This document shows positions 9,688 through 19,043 of a stretch of 64,000 bases of DNA, piece after piece. The stretch's first letter is position 1, and each line of letters begins with the position of its first letter. Both the position numbers and the translations under genes were made by a program. Source of the DNA: an uncultured Bacteroidales bacterium (lineage in GTDB: Bacteria; Bacteroidota; Bacteroidia; Bacteroidales; Paludibacteraceae); contig CADBVL010000013.1 of the NCBI GenBank assembly GCA_902798015.1, positions 147 through 64,146 on the forward strand, given 5' to 3'. The notes under the pieces were generated by a model. It was not told the DNA's origin and did not search any database. It worked only from the letters and a program-made list of their open reading frames with translations.

Positions 9688-11190
9688 ATGAAAAAGATTA
9701 GTAAATATTTGCTCCTTCTCGCAGCAGCCGTGTTCACATTCACGGCTTGCGAGAAGAACGTAGAGCGCGAGCCGTCTCCGCTGGACGTGCCGGGCGCAAT
9801 CTCCTTTGCCAGTACTGGTGAGTCGGTTGAATTAGACATGAACAAGGAGCCGCTGGAGACAAGTTTCACACTGTTCCGTACCTCCAACATAGAGAAGGCT
9901 GATACGATCAAATTGGTCGTAGAGGCTGACCCGGTATTTAAAATTGATCCTGTGATTATTTTTGCTCCAGGCGACAAAGAAGTAACTACCAAAGTTACTT
10001 TCCCGGATGCAGAAGTGTTTGGAAACTATTCCTTCCAACTCACATTGCCGGAAGACCAAGTAAGCCCGTATTTGCAAGGAGGAACCTCTTTTGCATACAA
10101 GGTAAGCGTAGTCGCATGGTCTGATATTAAGAAAGGTGTATGGGTTGATGATGCAGGCCTGTGCTCCACCTTCGGTTTACCGGCAGGTATAGCGTGGATT
10201 GTTGATTATCAATCTTCCGTACTGCCGAAAGATGCAGGGACCCGCGTTCGTGTTATCAATGCGTATAAAACGGCTGCTACTGCAGAAGATCCTGATACGG
10301 GTCTGCCTAATGGATATCCGTATGCCGAAGCGTTTACAATTAATAAAGGTCAATATAACTTTATGCTTGATCTCCTCGCAGATGGTACAGCATTGTTCGC
10401 AGATGACGCACTGCTCGGTTTGTTGTATAAGGATCTCGGTGACATGATCCTTGTGAACATGAAGGCAAATTCTGCCGGTGTATACGATGCCGCTGCAGGT
10501 CGTGCAACCTTCGATGCAGCATCGAAGTTCTATGCATTTGGATTCTTCGCTGGAGGCGAATATGATCTGTATAACTATGCAGGTTTCCGCTTCTATGTAA
10601 GCAAAGAGGCTTGGTTGGCAGATCAAAAGGAACCGGTAGTTGTTGACGCGGACGTTACCACCTACGAAGGCCACTGGACCATCAAGGGTACGGACCCCAT
10701 AGATGAGACAACTCCGGTAAGCGCTAACGTAACGGTAACCAGCTACGAGGATCCGACCGTAGGTCAGTTCTATGCAATCGAGGGTCTCTTTGCGGACATG
10801 CCGGTTGTTTATGGTGTATTCGACGAAACGACACACATGTTCCAGATACAGCCTACTAAGGGTGATCCTGTTGACATCGAAGGCACGACTTATGTTCCTT
10901 ACCTGTACATGTTTGACGCGAACTTTAGCTTCTCCACTGCGATCACATTGGATATAGTTCCGGGCGAAGGCGGTACACTTGTGCCCTCCGCAGAAAGTGC
11001 AGCAGCCGGATTTATCATTGTGTACATCAATCCGAAAGATCAGAAAGATCAACAATTAGGCGATGGTATGTTCGATATCTCGTTCGCGCCTCTTAACGCA
11101 GGTGCTCCGGCACGCAAAGCAGCTGCTCGCACGAGCAGACTGATGCGTCCGATCAACGGAATGAACAGTAACCTCCAGTTTGTTCGTTAA
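9688..11190 (+). CDS. Hypothetical surface lipoprotein (SusE/F-position in PUL)
   Basis: Lipoprotein signal AAAVFTFTAC. The sequence is beta-rich and acidic, and the gene sits immediately downstream of susD. Confidence 0.55.
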   Translation: MKKISKYLLLLAAAVFTFTACEKNVEREPSPLDVPGAISFASTGESVELDMNKEPLETSFTLFRTSNIEKADTIKLVVEADPVFKIDPVIIFAPGDKEVTTKVTFPDAEVFGNYSFQLTLPEDQVSPYLQGGTSFAYKVSVVAWSDIKKGVWVDDAGLCSTFGLPAGIAWIVDYQSSVLPKDAGTRVRVINAYKTAATAEDPDTGLPNGYPYAEAFTINKGQYNFMLDLLADGTALFADDALLGLLYKDLGDMILVNMKANSAGVYDAAAGRATFDAASKFYAFGFFAGGEYDLYNYAGFRFYVSKEAWLADQKEPVVVDADVTTYEGHWTIKGTDPIDETTPVSANVTVTSYEDPTVGQFYAIEGLFADMPVVYGVFDETTHMFQIQPTKGDPVDIEGTTYVPYLYMFDANFSFSTAITLDIVPGEGGTLVPSAESAAAGFIIVYINPKDQKDQQLGDGMFDISFAPLNAGAPARKAAARTSRLMRPINGMNSNLQFVR

Positions 11191-11209
11191 TCGAACTGCT
11201 GATAAAAGA

Positions 11210-11241
11210 AAGAGGATCTCGCAAGAGGTCCTCTTCTTTTT
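11210..11241 (+). terminator. Rho-independent terminator (possibly bidirectional)
   Basis: Stem AAGAGGATCTC / GAGGTCCTCTT with a GCAA tetraloop, followed by CTTTTTG. An A-run lies upstream. Confidence 0.7.
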
Positions 11242-11250
11242 GTCTTAGCT

Positions 11251-13650
11251 CTATAATCCCAAGTGAATACGGAAACGAATCGCCCATTGGACACTCGGCG
11301 TAATAGCCCAAGCGGAATAGAGATCGCAGATACGCAATATATTACCGATACCGACGCCCACCTCCGTATAAAGCATCGAACGTGGTGTGCCGTACTCCGC
11401 CTGGCTGTTATAGCCGTACGCTATCTTCGCTTCTACGAGTTCGCGCAGATGCAACCAGCGCACACCCGGAATGAGATTAAAGAGTACACCCATGCCGTTC
11501 CATTCCGTCTGCAATGTTACATACCGGTTAGCCATCATCTGATATCCGTGCAGGAAAGTGAAGCGGTAGGGATCATACGCATAGCCTTGGTTAGCATTCG
11601 CCTGCCATAAGAGCGTAGCCGGCACCCGTCCCATCAATACACCGGCCTGTAATGCATACGTCAGCGTGCCGCCCATACCGAGGTTTGCATGCTGCGTGAG
11701 CATCGCTCGCAGATGGAAGTATATCTTCGAATAGTTTGCGTCCGCCCAATGCCCGGCCTCTGCACCCAGATACAATACCGGATAACGGGATGAGTAAGCG
11801 TAGCGGCGCATGAAATAACCATCGTATTTCCGTTCACCCCAACTGAGGCGGGCGATCAGAGATAGCGACTGGTAGGAATATGGGCCTACCCCCGCCCCTC
11901 CCTGAAGGGAAGGGAGATTAAAATTCCAACCGGCGCGGATGTAGGCGTGTGTCTCTACATTCTTGGTCCAGTCGGCGAACCAATGGAATTGCAACTGACG
12001 CTGCCGGATTGCGGTATTGACGCATAAACTGTCGCGGAAAAGCGCTTGGAAAGCGTAAGCGGTGAAGTCGAAGTTTCCCCATCCCATGGAGTTCTCCCGC
12101 AGCATCCGATCGAAATCATCCACCTCCGACCAGACATACCGGTCGTTATACTCGAATTGCAGGATATTCTTCCGCTCCGTAGGCAGATTGACCGACACCC
12201 GGCCCATCCCTTTGAATTGACGGTCCCTGAAACCATAGCCCACTGAAGCCTCCAACGAGACCACTTTTGATAACTTCTCGTTGGTGCGGAAAGGCAGTCC
12301 GACATGCACACCTTCGTGCTGGTTCACCTGTAATATCTCCTCTATATGCCCGATATCTACCGGAGTGCCCGTAGGGATATAACCCGTCATGGCGATGGTG
12401 GCGAACCATTTGGCGACACGGATGATGGGCAGGCTGTCCAGTTTCGCGAAAGCGGAATCAGCTGAGAGAGAGCCTAACCCCGGCCCTTCCCTGAAAGGAA
12501 GGGAGATGGGGGATATGCTGTCGTTGATGGCTATGGAGTTGGCTTCCGGGGCGTGATTGGGATTGTGCAGAGCGGTGGTCAGCAGCACCGAAGGAAAGAC
12601 CGTACCGGCTTTCTCTGATTTGACGGAGAAATCGAGCAGGGTGGAGACCGTTTCTTCCGCAATAAGGCCATCCGGGGCGAGCGTCTGCGAGATATGGATG
12701 TCGTTCACGTAGTTGACGGCTACCTCCGGCGGTACATAGGCCTTGAAAGCACGCAACGCATACGTGGTGGTATCAATGATCATCTCGCCGTTAAACGTTG
12801 CGTAGAAGGGGTTTCTCGTGCGAAAGACAATTCGAACGAGCCTATCCCCAGCCCTTCCCTGAAAGGAAGGGAGACTATCCGGCGAATCATCGAGATAATA
12901 TCTATAGTACAGGTTTCCTCCCGATGCGAGGGGAGAGAGAAAGGCATGCCCCATGAGGCTGACCGATGGCGCATAGAGATTGAGGTTGCCTTCGCCGCCA
13001 AGTAATGCCGAATAATCCGTCTCGGACAGGATAAGGGCCTGTGTACGTTGGTCATTCGCAGGAATCATCTCTTGTCCCGCCATGCGGAAAGACTGCGTCT
13101 CACGGTAGAGCGGAAGGATGTAGGTGGAGTCTTCCTGCGCGATCATGCCTTCTTGCAGGCTGCGCCATAATGCACGCCTTAGATGACGACGGTTGATATG
13201 CGAGACATACAACGTCTGTTCGCGCTGCAGCACGGCGCTGTTCTCCGGATGCTTGGTGCGGTCGTTTGCTTCACGGTGCTCCCGTACCCGACGTAAGAGC
13301 TCCAGAGCCGGATTCTCGTTCGGCGCTACCACGATCTCCGTGAGCATCGCTGTCTTCTCCCGCATCGCGACTTGCAGACCCGCCATCGCGCCCGGATCGA
13401 TATCGAAACGCTGGGTGTAATAGCCTACAGCCGAGAAGACCAGTTGGCTCTTCGCCGTCATATCCACGCGCAACGCATAGTTACCATGCTCGTCTGAAGT
13501 AGTACCGATCTTCGTGCCCCGGAAATGGATGTTCACATTCGGTATAGCCTCACCGGTCGTCTCATTAACCACTTCGCCGACAATGATGGTCTCGACCGCC
13601 ATAATAGGCAGGGAGAGAATAGTGTACAATATGAAGAGTATTCGTTTCAT
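11251..13650 (-). CDS. CarboxypepD_reg-like domain + DUF5686 family protein
   Basis: Signal peptide, then IVGEVVNETTGEAIPNVNIHFRGTKIGTTSDEHGNY (carboxypeptidase-regulatory-like fold). The ~800 aa layout matches DUF5686 proteins. Confidence 0.65.
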   Translation of the reverse strand: MKRILFILYTILSLPIMAVETIIVGEVVNETTGEAIPNVNIHFRGTKIGTTSDEHGNYALRVDMTAKSQLVFSAVGYYTQRFDIDPGAMAGLQVAMREKTAMLTEIVVAPNENPALELLRRVREHREANDRTKHPENSAVLQREQTLYVSHINRRHLRRALWRSLQEGMIAQEDSTYILPLYRETQSFRMAGQEMIPANDQRTQALILSETDYSALLGGEGNLNLYAPSVSLMGHAFLSPLASGGNLYYRYYLDDSPDSLPSFQGRAGDRLVRIVFRTRNPFYATFNGEMIIDTTTYALRAFKAYVPPEVAVNYVNDIHISQTLAPDGLIAEETVSTLLDFSVKSEKAGTVFPSVLLTTALHNPNHAPEANSIAINDSISPISLPFREGPGLGSLSADSAFAKLDSLPIIRVAKWFATIAMTGYIPTGTPVDIGHIEEILQVNQHEGVHVGLPFRTNEKLSKVVSLEASVGYGFRDRQFKGMGRVSVNLPTERKNILQFEYNDRYVWSEVDDFDRMLRENSMGWGNFDFTAYAFQALFRDSLCVNTAIRQRQLQFHWFADWTKNVETHAYIRAGWNFNLPSLQGGAGVGPYSYQSLSLIARLSWGERKYDGYFMRRYAYSSRYPVLYLGAEAGHWADANYSKIYFHLRAMLTQHANLGMGGTLTYALQAGVLMGRVPATLLWQANANQGYAYDPYRFTFLHGYQMMANRYVTLQTEWNGMGVLFNLIPGVRWLHLRELVEAKIAYGYNSQAEYGTPRSMLYTEVGVGIGNILRICDLYSAWAITPSVQWAIRFRIHLGL
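11884..11916 (+). repeat. GC-rich hairpin element (GCCTACCCCCGCCCCTCCCTGAAGGGAAGGGAG), in frame in DUF5686 gene
   Basis: Arms CCCTCCCT / AGGGAAGGG. Translated on the minus strand as LPSLQGGAGVG. Confidence 0.85.
12472..12505 (+). repeat. GC-rich hairpin element, in frame in DUF5686 gene
   Basis: Sequence GCCTAACCCCGGCCCTTCCCTGAAAGGAAGGGAG. Translated as LPFREGPGLG. Confidence 0.85.
12840..12873 (+). repeat. GC-rich hairpin element, in frame in DUF5686 gene
   Basis: Sequence GCCTATCCCCAGCCCTTCCCTGAAAGGAAGGGAG. Translated as LPSFQGRAGDR. Confidence 0.85.
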
Positions 13651-13756
13651 TATAGGGCCCCGAAAATTTTAATTTTTGGGGAGAGCGGAGGCATCAGTCG
13701 CCTCACCGTTTAGCAGAGCGGTACGGTTTTTTGCGACCTGATTGCCGATCGCGTTT
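13651..13756 (+). repeat. ~105-nt structured repeat, copy A (candidate small RNA or REP-like element)
   Basis: About 80% identical to 42727..42832. It has three hairpins on the + strand, the last followed by TTTTTT. It overlaps the last ~29 codons of xerD and abuts the DUF5686 start codon. Confidence 0.7.
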
Positions 13757-14655
13757 GCCGGGTGGCATTGCAGAATCGCTTTGCGGAGATCCTGTACATC
13801 GATATGCGTGTATATCTCTGTGGTAGCGAGATCCTCATGCCCGAGCAGTTGTTGTATGACGCGCAGATCCGCGCCGTTCTGCAGCAGATGGGTGGCAAAT
13901 GAATGGCGCAGTGTATGCGGACTGACCGTCTTAGTGATGCCCGCTTCCGCACAGAGACGACGCACGATGGTGAAAACCATAGCGCGGGTCATCGGGCGAC
14001 CGTAGCGGTTCACAAACGCGATATCTTTGGATTCGGGCTTGAGAGGCCAGGTAGCCCGTTCTTGCATCCAGTATCCGAACCACTCTTCGGCTACCGGCGA
14101 GAGCGGCACGAGACGTTGCTTCGACCCTTTTCCCTCGATAAGCATGTAGTGCTCGTGAAGATATATCTTGCTCAACTGCAGATTGACCAGTTCGCTCACG
14201 CGCAGTCCGCTGCCGTAGAGCATCTCCATCATCGCGCGGTTGCGGTGCCCCTCGTTACTGCTCAAGTCGATCGCCGCCATCATTCGGTTCACTTCGTCCA
14301 GCGAGAGCACCGTAGGCAGATGTTTGGATTTCCGCGGACCTTCTAACAGTTCGGAAGGGTCTTGGTCAATATAGTCTTTGTAGAGCAGAAAGCGGAACCA
14401 CGAATGGATTCCCGCCAGAATACGCGCCTGCGTAGCTTCTGAACGGACTTCTTTGAATTGCTCGAAAATGAAGTCCTGCAGTTCGTCAAACGTTATATGC
14501 ACGATGTCAACCTTGTGCTTCTCTCCGTATGCACACAGTTTGTCGAGGTCCATCTCATAGCCCTCGATGGTGTTCGGTGAATAACCGCGCTCCAGACGCA
14601 ACCAGGTATGGTATTCGCGCCGGAGTTCTGCATCAGATGTTATCGTTTTTCCCAC
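13669..14655 (-). CDS. xerD: Tyrosine recombinase XerD (C-terminal ~25 aa read through a repeat element)
   Basis: N-terminal SAM-like domain (LERGYSPNTIEGY). Catalytic motifs are RLVP, HTLRHSFATHLL and LGHEDLATTEIYTH. Confidence 0.85.
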   Translation of the reverse strand: MGKTITSDAELRREYHTWLRLERGYSPNTIEGYEMDLDKLCAYGEKHKVDIVHITFDELQDFIFEQFKEVRSEATQARILAGIHSWFRFLLYKDYIDQDPSELLEGPRKSKHLPTVLSLDEVNRMMAAIDLSSNEGHRNRAMMEMLYGSGLRVSELVNLQLSKIYLHEHYMLIEGKGSKQRLVPLSPVAEEWFGYWMQERATWPLKPESKDIAFVNRYGRPMTRAMVFTIVRRLCAEAGITKTVSPHTLRHSFATHLLQNGADLRVIQQLLGHEDLATTEIYTHIDVQDLRKAILQCHPANAIGNQVAKNRTALLNGEATDASALPKN

Positions 14656-15212
14656 GGATAAAGAACGCCTTGGAAATGCGGTTTGTACGTGATGCGCGAA
14701 CCGTAAGCGCTTCGATAATAGAGCGTGAACTCCAGATCTTTCATGACAGACGTCGTGTCTTTGACTACGATATATCCGGAATCCAGCATTTGGATAGACT
14801 GTAACTTGCCTTCCTCAACGTACAGCACATACATGCCCGTCGGTTGACCATCCCAATTCTTGCCTGGCAGGAAAGTGAAGGGCAGACCCGTACGTTCGCT
14901 ATGATATTTTCCGGCTACCAGCCGCAAAGTGTCTTTGCCGTGACTCTCCGGAACGAAGATATCGGATATATAGAGATTGTACCCCGTGCCCCGCATCCGA
15001 TGGTTCGCATCCAATTCCAGACCTTTGGAGTACAGGTCCAGTGCCACCACCGGACAAGGCACCGAGTCATAGGCATATCCGTAGATTTCCTCCCATGCCA
15101 GGATATATTCTTTCGGCAAGCCGCGATAGACGTACGGCGTGGAGGGCCGGCAGGAGGAGAATCCGAGTATACCGACCAACCCGAGTAATCCGATATAGAG
15201 CAATTTTCTCAT
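14640..15212 (-). CDS. Hypothetical lipoprotein
   Basis: Lipoprotein signal GILGFSSC. No motif recognised. Confidence 0.5.
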   Translation of the reverse strand: MRKLLYIGLLGLVGILGFSSCRPSTPYVYRGLPKEYILAWEEIYGYAYDSVPCPVVALDLYSKGLELDANHRMRGTGYNLYISDIFVPESHGKDTLRLVAGKYHSERTGLPFTFLPGKNWDGQPTGMYVLYVEEGKLQSIQMLDSGYIVVKDTTSVMKDLEFTLYYRSAYGSRITYKPHFQGVLYPWEKR

Positions 15213-16429
15213 GAGATATGTATTTTACGGGATGGATAAAGCGCAGCGATGAAGCCCAAGGCGAGAACTATGACGGCAACCAAAACGATATCGGGCGTCT
15301 GTACCTGCACCGGATAAGCCGAAATCACATACTCGGCGCCGCTGCCTAACTTGAGCCACCCGAAATGTTGCTGGCCCAGACAAAGCAGTATGCCGATAAT
15401 CAGACCAATCAGTGCACCCAACGAAGAGATAAGCCATCCTTCAATCAGGAACACTCGGCGAATCGTTGCTTCGTCCGCACCGAGATGCGAGAGAATCTGA
15501 ATATCTTCGCGCTTGTCGATAATCAGCATAGAGAGCGAGCCGATGATATTGAAACTCGCGATGAGCAGGATGAAAACCAACAGCAGAATCGTCAACAGTT
15601 TCTCTATCCGTAGGATATTGAAGAAACTCGCCTGCTGTTCGTATCTGTCTAACACTTTGTAACCGGGGCCCAAAGTTTTAGAGATTTCTGCTTTCTGCTT
15701 TCTGATATCTGACTTTGGATTACTGACTTCTATCCGCAACGCCGTTGCGGTATATTCATCGTAGTCGAAGAGTCGTTGCGCGAGCGGCAGAGAAACGAGC
15801 AGCAGTTGGTCGTCGTATTCCACCTGGTTGACGGCGAACGTGCCGGCAATGAATGCATGCTCATGACGCAACGAGAGATCCGGCCGCATCATATTCACGC
15901 GTCCTGTGCGCTGCGGCGCATAGAGATGCAGGGCACCGGTGAAGTGCGCATTCATGCCGATTTGCGCTGCCAGCCCTCTACCCATCACCACGCGGTCAAA
16001 AGCCCCGTCCCAAACCGAATAGAATCCATCGGTGATGATGGAGTCGATATGTGCCGTTTGGGTAAACAGGCTGTCCACACCCATCACGCGGGCCGGCGTC
16101 TGATGGTCCTTGTAGCGGATGAGTGCGGTCTGCTTGAGTTGCATGGAAATCGCCTCTATATCCTCGCGCGCGTACAAAGAAGCAATGGGCGCGGTGTCGG
16201 TGCGCAAAGTGTTTCCCTCTGCCGGAACGACCAGAAGAGTCGGATCGAACTCCGAGAACATGTGCTCAACGAGCGTACCGAATCCGTTCATTACAGATAG
16301 CACACAGATCATCGCTGCCGTCACGACAGCAACCGCCGCCGCACTGATGCCGGAGACGATATTGATGGCGTTATGTCCTTTCTTTGAGAAAAGGTACCGC
16401 CAGGCGATATGGGATTCGAGATTAGCCAT
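15209..16429 (-). CDS. FtsX-like ABC transporter permease (LolC/E family)
   Basis: ATG at 16429 gives MANLESHIAWRYLFSKK, the typical LolE N-terminus. A MacB-like periplasmic domain and C-terminal FtsX helices follow. It overlaps the rbfA stop by 8 nt. Confidence 0.8.
   Translation of the reverse strand: MANLESHIAWRYLFSKKGHNAINIVSGISAAAVAVVTAAMICVLSVMNGFGTLVEHMFSEFDPTLLVVPAEGNTLRTDTAPIASLYAREDIEAISMQLKQTALIRYKDHQTPARVMGVDSLFTQTAHIDSIITDGFYSVWDGAFDRVVMGRGLAAQIGMNAHFTGALHLYAPQRTGRVNMMRPDLSLRHEHAFIAGTFAVNQVEYDDQLLLVSLPLAQRLFDYDEYTATALRIEVSNPKSDIRKQKAEISKTLGPGYKVLDRYEQQASFFNILRIEKLLTILLLVFILLIASFNIIGSLSMLIIDKREDIQILSHLGADEATIRRVFLIEGWLISSLGALIGLIIGILLCLGQQHFGWLKLGSGAEYVISAYPVQVQTPDIVLVAVIVLALGFIAALYPSRKIHIS
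15685..15726 (+). repeat. Period-7 tandem array (TTTCTGC TTTCTGC TTTCTGA TATCTGA CTTTGGA TTACTGA) inside lolE-like CDS
   Basis: Read directly from the sequence. Translated on the minus strand as SNPKSDIRKQKAEISK. Confidence 0.7.
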
Positions 16430-16757
16430 GGAGCAACTCATCAATGCGCTCCATTCGGTCAATCGTCTCGTCCAAATGGAAGACTATTTCCGGAATAATA
16501 CGCAATTGATGGCGCTCGAGCGTGCCGAGTTCACCGCGAAAGCGGTGCGTGTTCTCTTCAATAAGCGTCATGGTCTGTGCTACCTTGTCCTGCGGGAAGA
16601 TAGACAGATAGATATGCGCAATAGAGAGATCAGGCGACACGCGCACCTCGCTCACGGAAATCAATGTTCCATGCAAAGTGCGCGCGTACCGTAAAAGAAT
16701 GTCGCTCATGTCCTTCTGAATCAGACGAGCGATCTTGTGTTGTCTGGTTGACTCCAT
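16422..16757 (-). CDS. rbfA: Ribosome-binding factor A
   Basis: 111 aa. Motifs R..K.A.LIQKD.S..L and VSEVRVSPDLS.A.IY are typical of RbfA. Confidence 0.9.
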   Translation of the reverse strand: MESTRQHKIARLIQKDMSDILLRYARTLHGTLISVSEVRVSPDLSIAHIYLSIFPQDKVAQTMTLIEENTHRFRGELGTLERHQLRIIPEIVFHLDETIDRMERIDELLHG

Positions 16758-16775
16758 TAAATCCCGGAGGATTTA

Positions 16776-16934
16776 TTAAAATTTGTGGCGTCCTTCGTCA
16801 GCTACGGTCAGTTTCTTACGACCTTTAGCGCGGCGTGCAGCCAATACGCGACGACCATTAGCGGTAGTCATTCTCTCCAGGAAGCCGTGTTTGTTACGAC
16901 GCTTACGTTGGGAAGGTTGGAATGTACGTTTCAT
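16776..16934 (-). CDS. rpmH: 50S ribosomal protein L34 (not in supplied ORF track, 52 aa)
   Basis: Hand translation gives [52 protein letters not shown]. Confidence 0.9.
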   Translation of the reverse strand: MKRTFQPSQRKRRNKHGFLERMTTANGRRVLAARRAKGRKKLTVADEGRHKF

Positions 16935-16992
16935 TGTCTTAATAGTATTTAGGTCTTCTCACGAAGACGGGTTTATACATCAAAAAAGCGTG

Positions 16993-17000
16993 CAAAATTA
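16993..17000 (-). promoter_or_regulatory. Bacteroidetes -7 box TAATTTTG for rpmH
   Basis: TAnnTTTG flanked by A-run and T-run, 59 nt upstream of the rpmH ATG. Confidence 0.55.
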
Positions 17001-17058
17001 CTGCTTTTTTTTGACATGACCAAAAAAAAACGCATTTTTTTTACTTTTGATGGCAATT

Positions 17059-17694
17059 TTAGTCAAAAACCTCCATTAATATCTCCAAAGAGCGGGGTGC
17101 CTCCCATGTCTCTACATGTTCTTCGAAATACGAACAGAGTTGACGCAAAGCCTCTTGGCGCGCTTTGCGGGTGGAGGGTAGCCTACCTCCAACTCTGCTC
17201 GATTCGACTGTCCACTGGACACTCTCCGTCTGAAGGGAAGATAGGGGATTGTTTTCATCAATAGCAAACCCTAATTTTGCGGCCAAACCGACCAGAAACT
17301 GCAGATGGAAGTTCTGCGGCTCTTCGCATCGGTCCAGTTCCTGCACTGCCTGAGCGATGAAGTCGAACATCGGCTCGTCCGTCATCGGGTGACGCAGTAC
17401 ATGGTAGAGCACTTCGCTCAAAAAGAGTGCGATGGCGTTTTTATAGGGGTCGGAGATGACGGGATTAGCGGTCAGGGGAACAGCTTCTTTCAGTGTTGGC
17501 GGTCTGGATGGAGTCTGGTCCGCAGTGATCTGAAGAAGGGTAAAAGGGGTGTACATCCCGATAGCGTGTTTGCGCCCCAGGCCATACACCATATAATTAA
17601 CGCGCCCGCCCGTACGCGTATAGGCGTGCAGCACGTGCGCTTTGTCCGAATGCGGCTGAAGTGACAGTACTATCGCGTCAGTCGTGTTTAACAT
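17059..17694 (-). CDS. recO: DNA repair protein RecO
   Basis: N-terminal OB-fold pattern (DAIVLS...SDK..VL..YT...G) and a helical C-terminal domain. The start was chosen at ATG 17694 (MLNTTD). Confidence 0.75.
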   Translation of the reverse strand: MLNTTDAIVLSLQPHSDKAHVLHAYTRTGGRVNYMVYGLGRKHAIGMYTPFTLLQITADQTPSRPPTLKEAVPLTANPVISDPYKNAIALFLSEVLYHVLRHPMTDEPMFDFIAQAVQELDRCEEPQNFHLQFLVGLAAKLGFAIDENNPLSSLQTESVQWTVESSRVGGRLPSTRKARQEALRQLCSYFEEHVETWEAPRSLEILMEVFD

Positions 17695-18589
17695 AGATGG
17701 AATCAATGGCGACACCATCGCTCATGCGACGAATCGTCAGTTGGCTGTTGGTCAGAACACCGTACACAGGGACGCTGTCGCATACTTCGCTGTGCAGTCT
17801 TTTTTTCTGTTTTTTTATTCTGCCGGCGGTATTAAGCATCACGAACGGCGTGCGGCGGGCATAGAGATGATCATGCCCGGCAATCACCAAATCGGCTTGG
17901 CTCAGGGCGTGGTGGAAAGTGCCGTAGATAGCGGGGTTGACGCGTCCCTTGGCAGCCGAGAGTACGGGATGATGCATTATCACCACCACCGCGCGGTCGC
18001 CCGCGCTGTACATTGCCTCGCGCAACCAGGTAAGCGTACGTGTCAGATAGACAACATGCGACAAAGGATTGGTGTCGATGGCGATGATGCGCATCTGCGG
18101 GATGTCGAGCCAATAACTTGCGCCCGGAACACCGACAGGCCCGTTAGCGGGGTGGAGGAAAGTCTCGTTCCATGCGGCCGATAGGGACTTATGGGCACCT
18201 TTGGTGTATTCGTGATTACCCGGACAAGCGATGACGGGCAGGCCGTTCAAGGCACTGTTGGTCCATTCGCGCAAAAGAAGTTGGCGGTAATATTCCTGTC
18301 CCCGCTCCATCCAGTCGCCGGCTTGCATCACAAGATCAGCATCCGGTACGCGTGCAGCCAGCGTGTCATAATCGGTCCGCGTAAGACGGCTATGGATGTC
18401 GCCGAGCACCAGAATCGTGGCGATGCTGTCGTTGTCTGCGTCCGGCGTATGGAACACTTCTTGCAGCGTGTCGCCCGTCCAATGCGGTTCAGCAGGAATG
18501 ACGAACCAAGCCTGCCAGCGGACGGCGCAGATGACTGCGCCGACCGCTAACAAAACGGCAAGGAGTGCTATGTAAACCCATTTACGCAT
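17678..18589 (-). CDS. Calcineurin-like metallophosphoesterase, membrane-anchored
   Basis: N-terminal TM helix. Motifs are LGDIHS, GDWMERG, GNHEY, MHHP and GHDHLY. Confidence 0.75.
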   Translation of the reverse strand: MRKWVYIALLAVLLAVGAVICAVRWQAWFVIPAEPHWTGDTLQEVFHTPDADNDSIATILVLGDIHSRLTRTDYDTLAARVPDADLVMQAGDWMERGQEYYRQLLLREWTNSALNGLPVIACPGNHEYTKGAHKSLSAAWNETFLHPANGPVGVPGASYWLDIPQMRIIAIDTNPLSHVVYLTRTLTWLREAMYSAGDRAVVVIMHHPVLSAAKGRVNPAIYGTFHHALSQADLVIAGHDHLYARRTPFVMLNTAGRIKKQKKRLHSEVCDSVPVYGVLTNSQLTIRRMSDGVAIDSIYVKHD

Positions 18590-19005
18590 CAGAAGGGCAG
18601 GTCGCTGGTACCTTCGCCTGCAGTAGCGTCAAACGGATCCATATTCACCGGAGCAGCCTCTGTCGGAGATGCGGCGGGTTGCGGTGCGGCTACAGGGGCT
18701 GCAGCAGGTGCTGCGCCCGGAACAGCCTGCGTGGTATCACCCTGCTGGATGCGCCATGCGCGGATAGAGGTGTACCAACGACCGTTGAACTCACGGCTCT
18801 CGATATCGAAACTGACGGTTACTAACTGATCTACATCACACGGATTCTGCTTGATACGGTCCTCGCCGAATACCTCGAAATGCACTTTGCGGGGATACTG
18901 GTCAAGCGTCTCCAATACATACGGCTGAACCTTCCACGGGTTGCCGTTGCGGCCTACACCTTCCTGCGCAGGCAGTACTTGAATAATTTTACCTACTACT
19001 TCCAT
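18589..19005 (-). CDS. DUF3127-like OB-fold protein with SSB-type acidic C-terminal tip (..SDLPF)
   Basis: MEVVGKIIQVLP...G..W.KQ..V.ET...YP core, then a Pro/Ala-rich linker and a terminal DLPF. ATG 19005 is preferred over the TTG at 19014 that lies inside the heptamer array. Confidence 0.6.
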   Translation of the reverse strand: MEVVGKIIQVLPAQEGVGRNGNPWKVQPYVLETLDQYPRKVHFEVFGEDRIKQNPCDVDQLVTVSFDIESREFNGRWYTSIRAWRIQQGDTTQAVPGAAPAAAPVAAPQPAASPTEAAPVNMDPFDATAGEGTSDLPF

Positions 19006-19007
19006 AT

Positions 19008-19042
19008 CTTTCAACTTTCAACTTTCAACTTTCAACATTAAA
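19008..19042 (+). repeat. Period-7 tandem array CTTTCAA x4 + CATTAAA
   Basis: Read directly from the sequence. It fills the gap between the pgk stop (19044) and the DUF3127 start (19005). Confidence 0.9.
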
Positions 19043-19043
19043 C

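Noticed and set aside
4909-11190. Calling a substrate for the SusC/SusD/lipoprotein locus
   Set aside because: No glycoside hydrolase, sulfatase or regulator is adjacent, and the upstream esterase and phosphatase genes are not diagnostic. No substrate can be supported.
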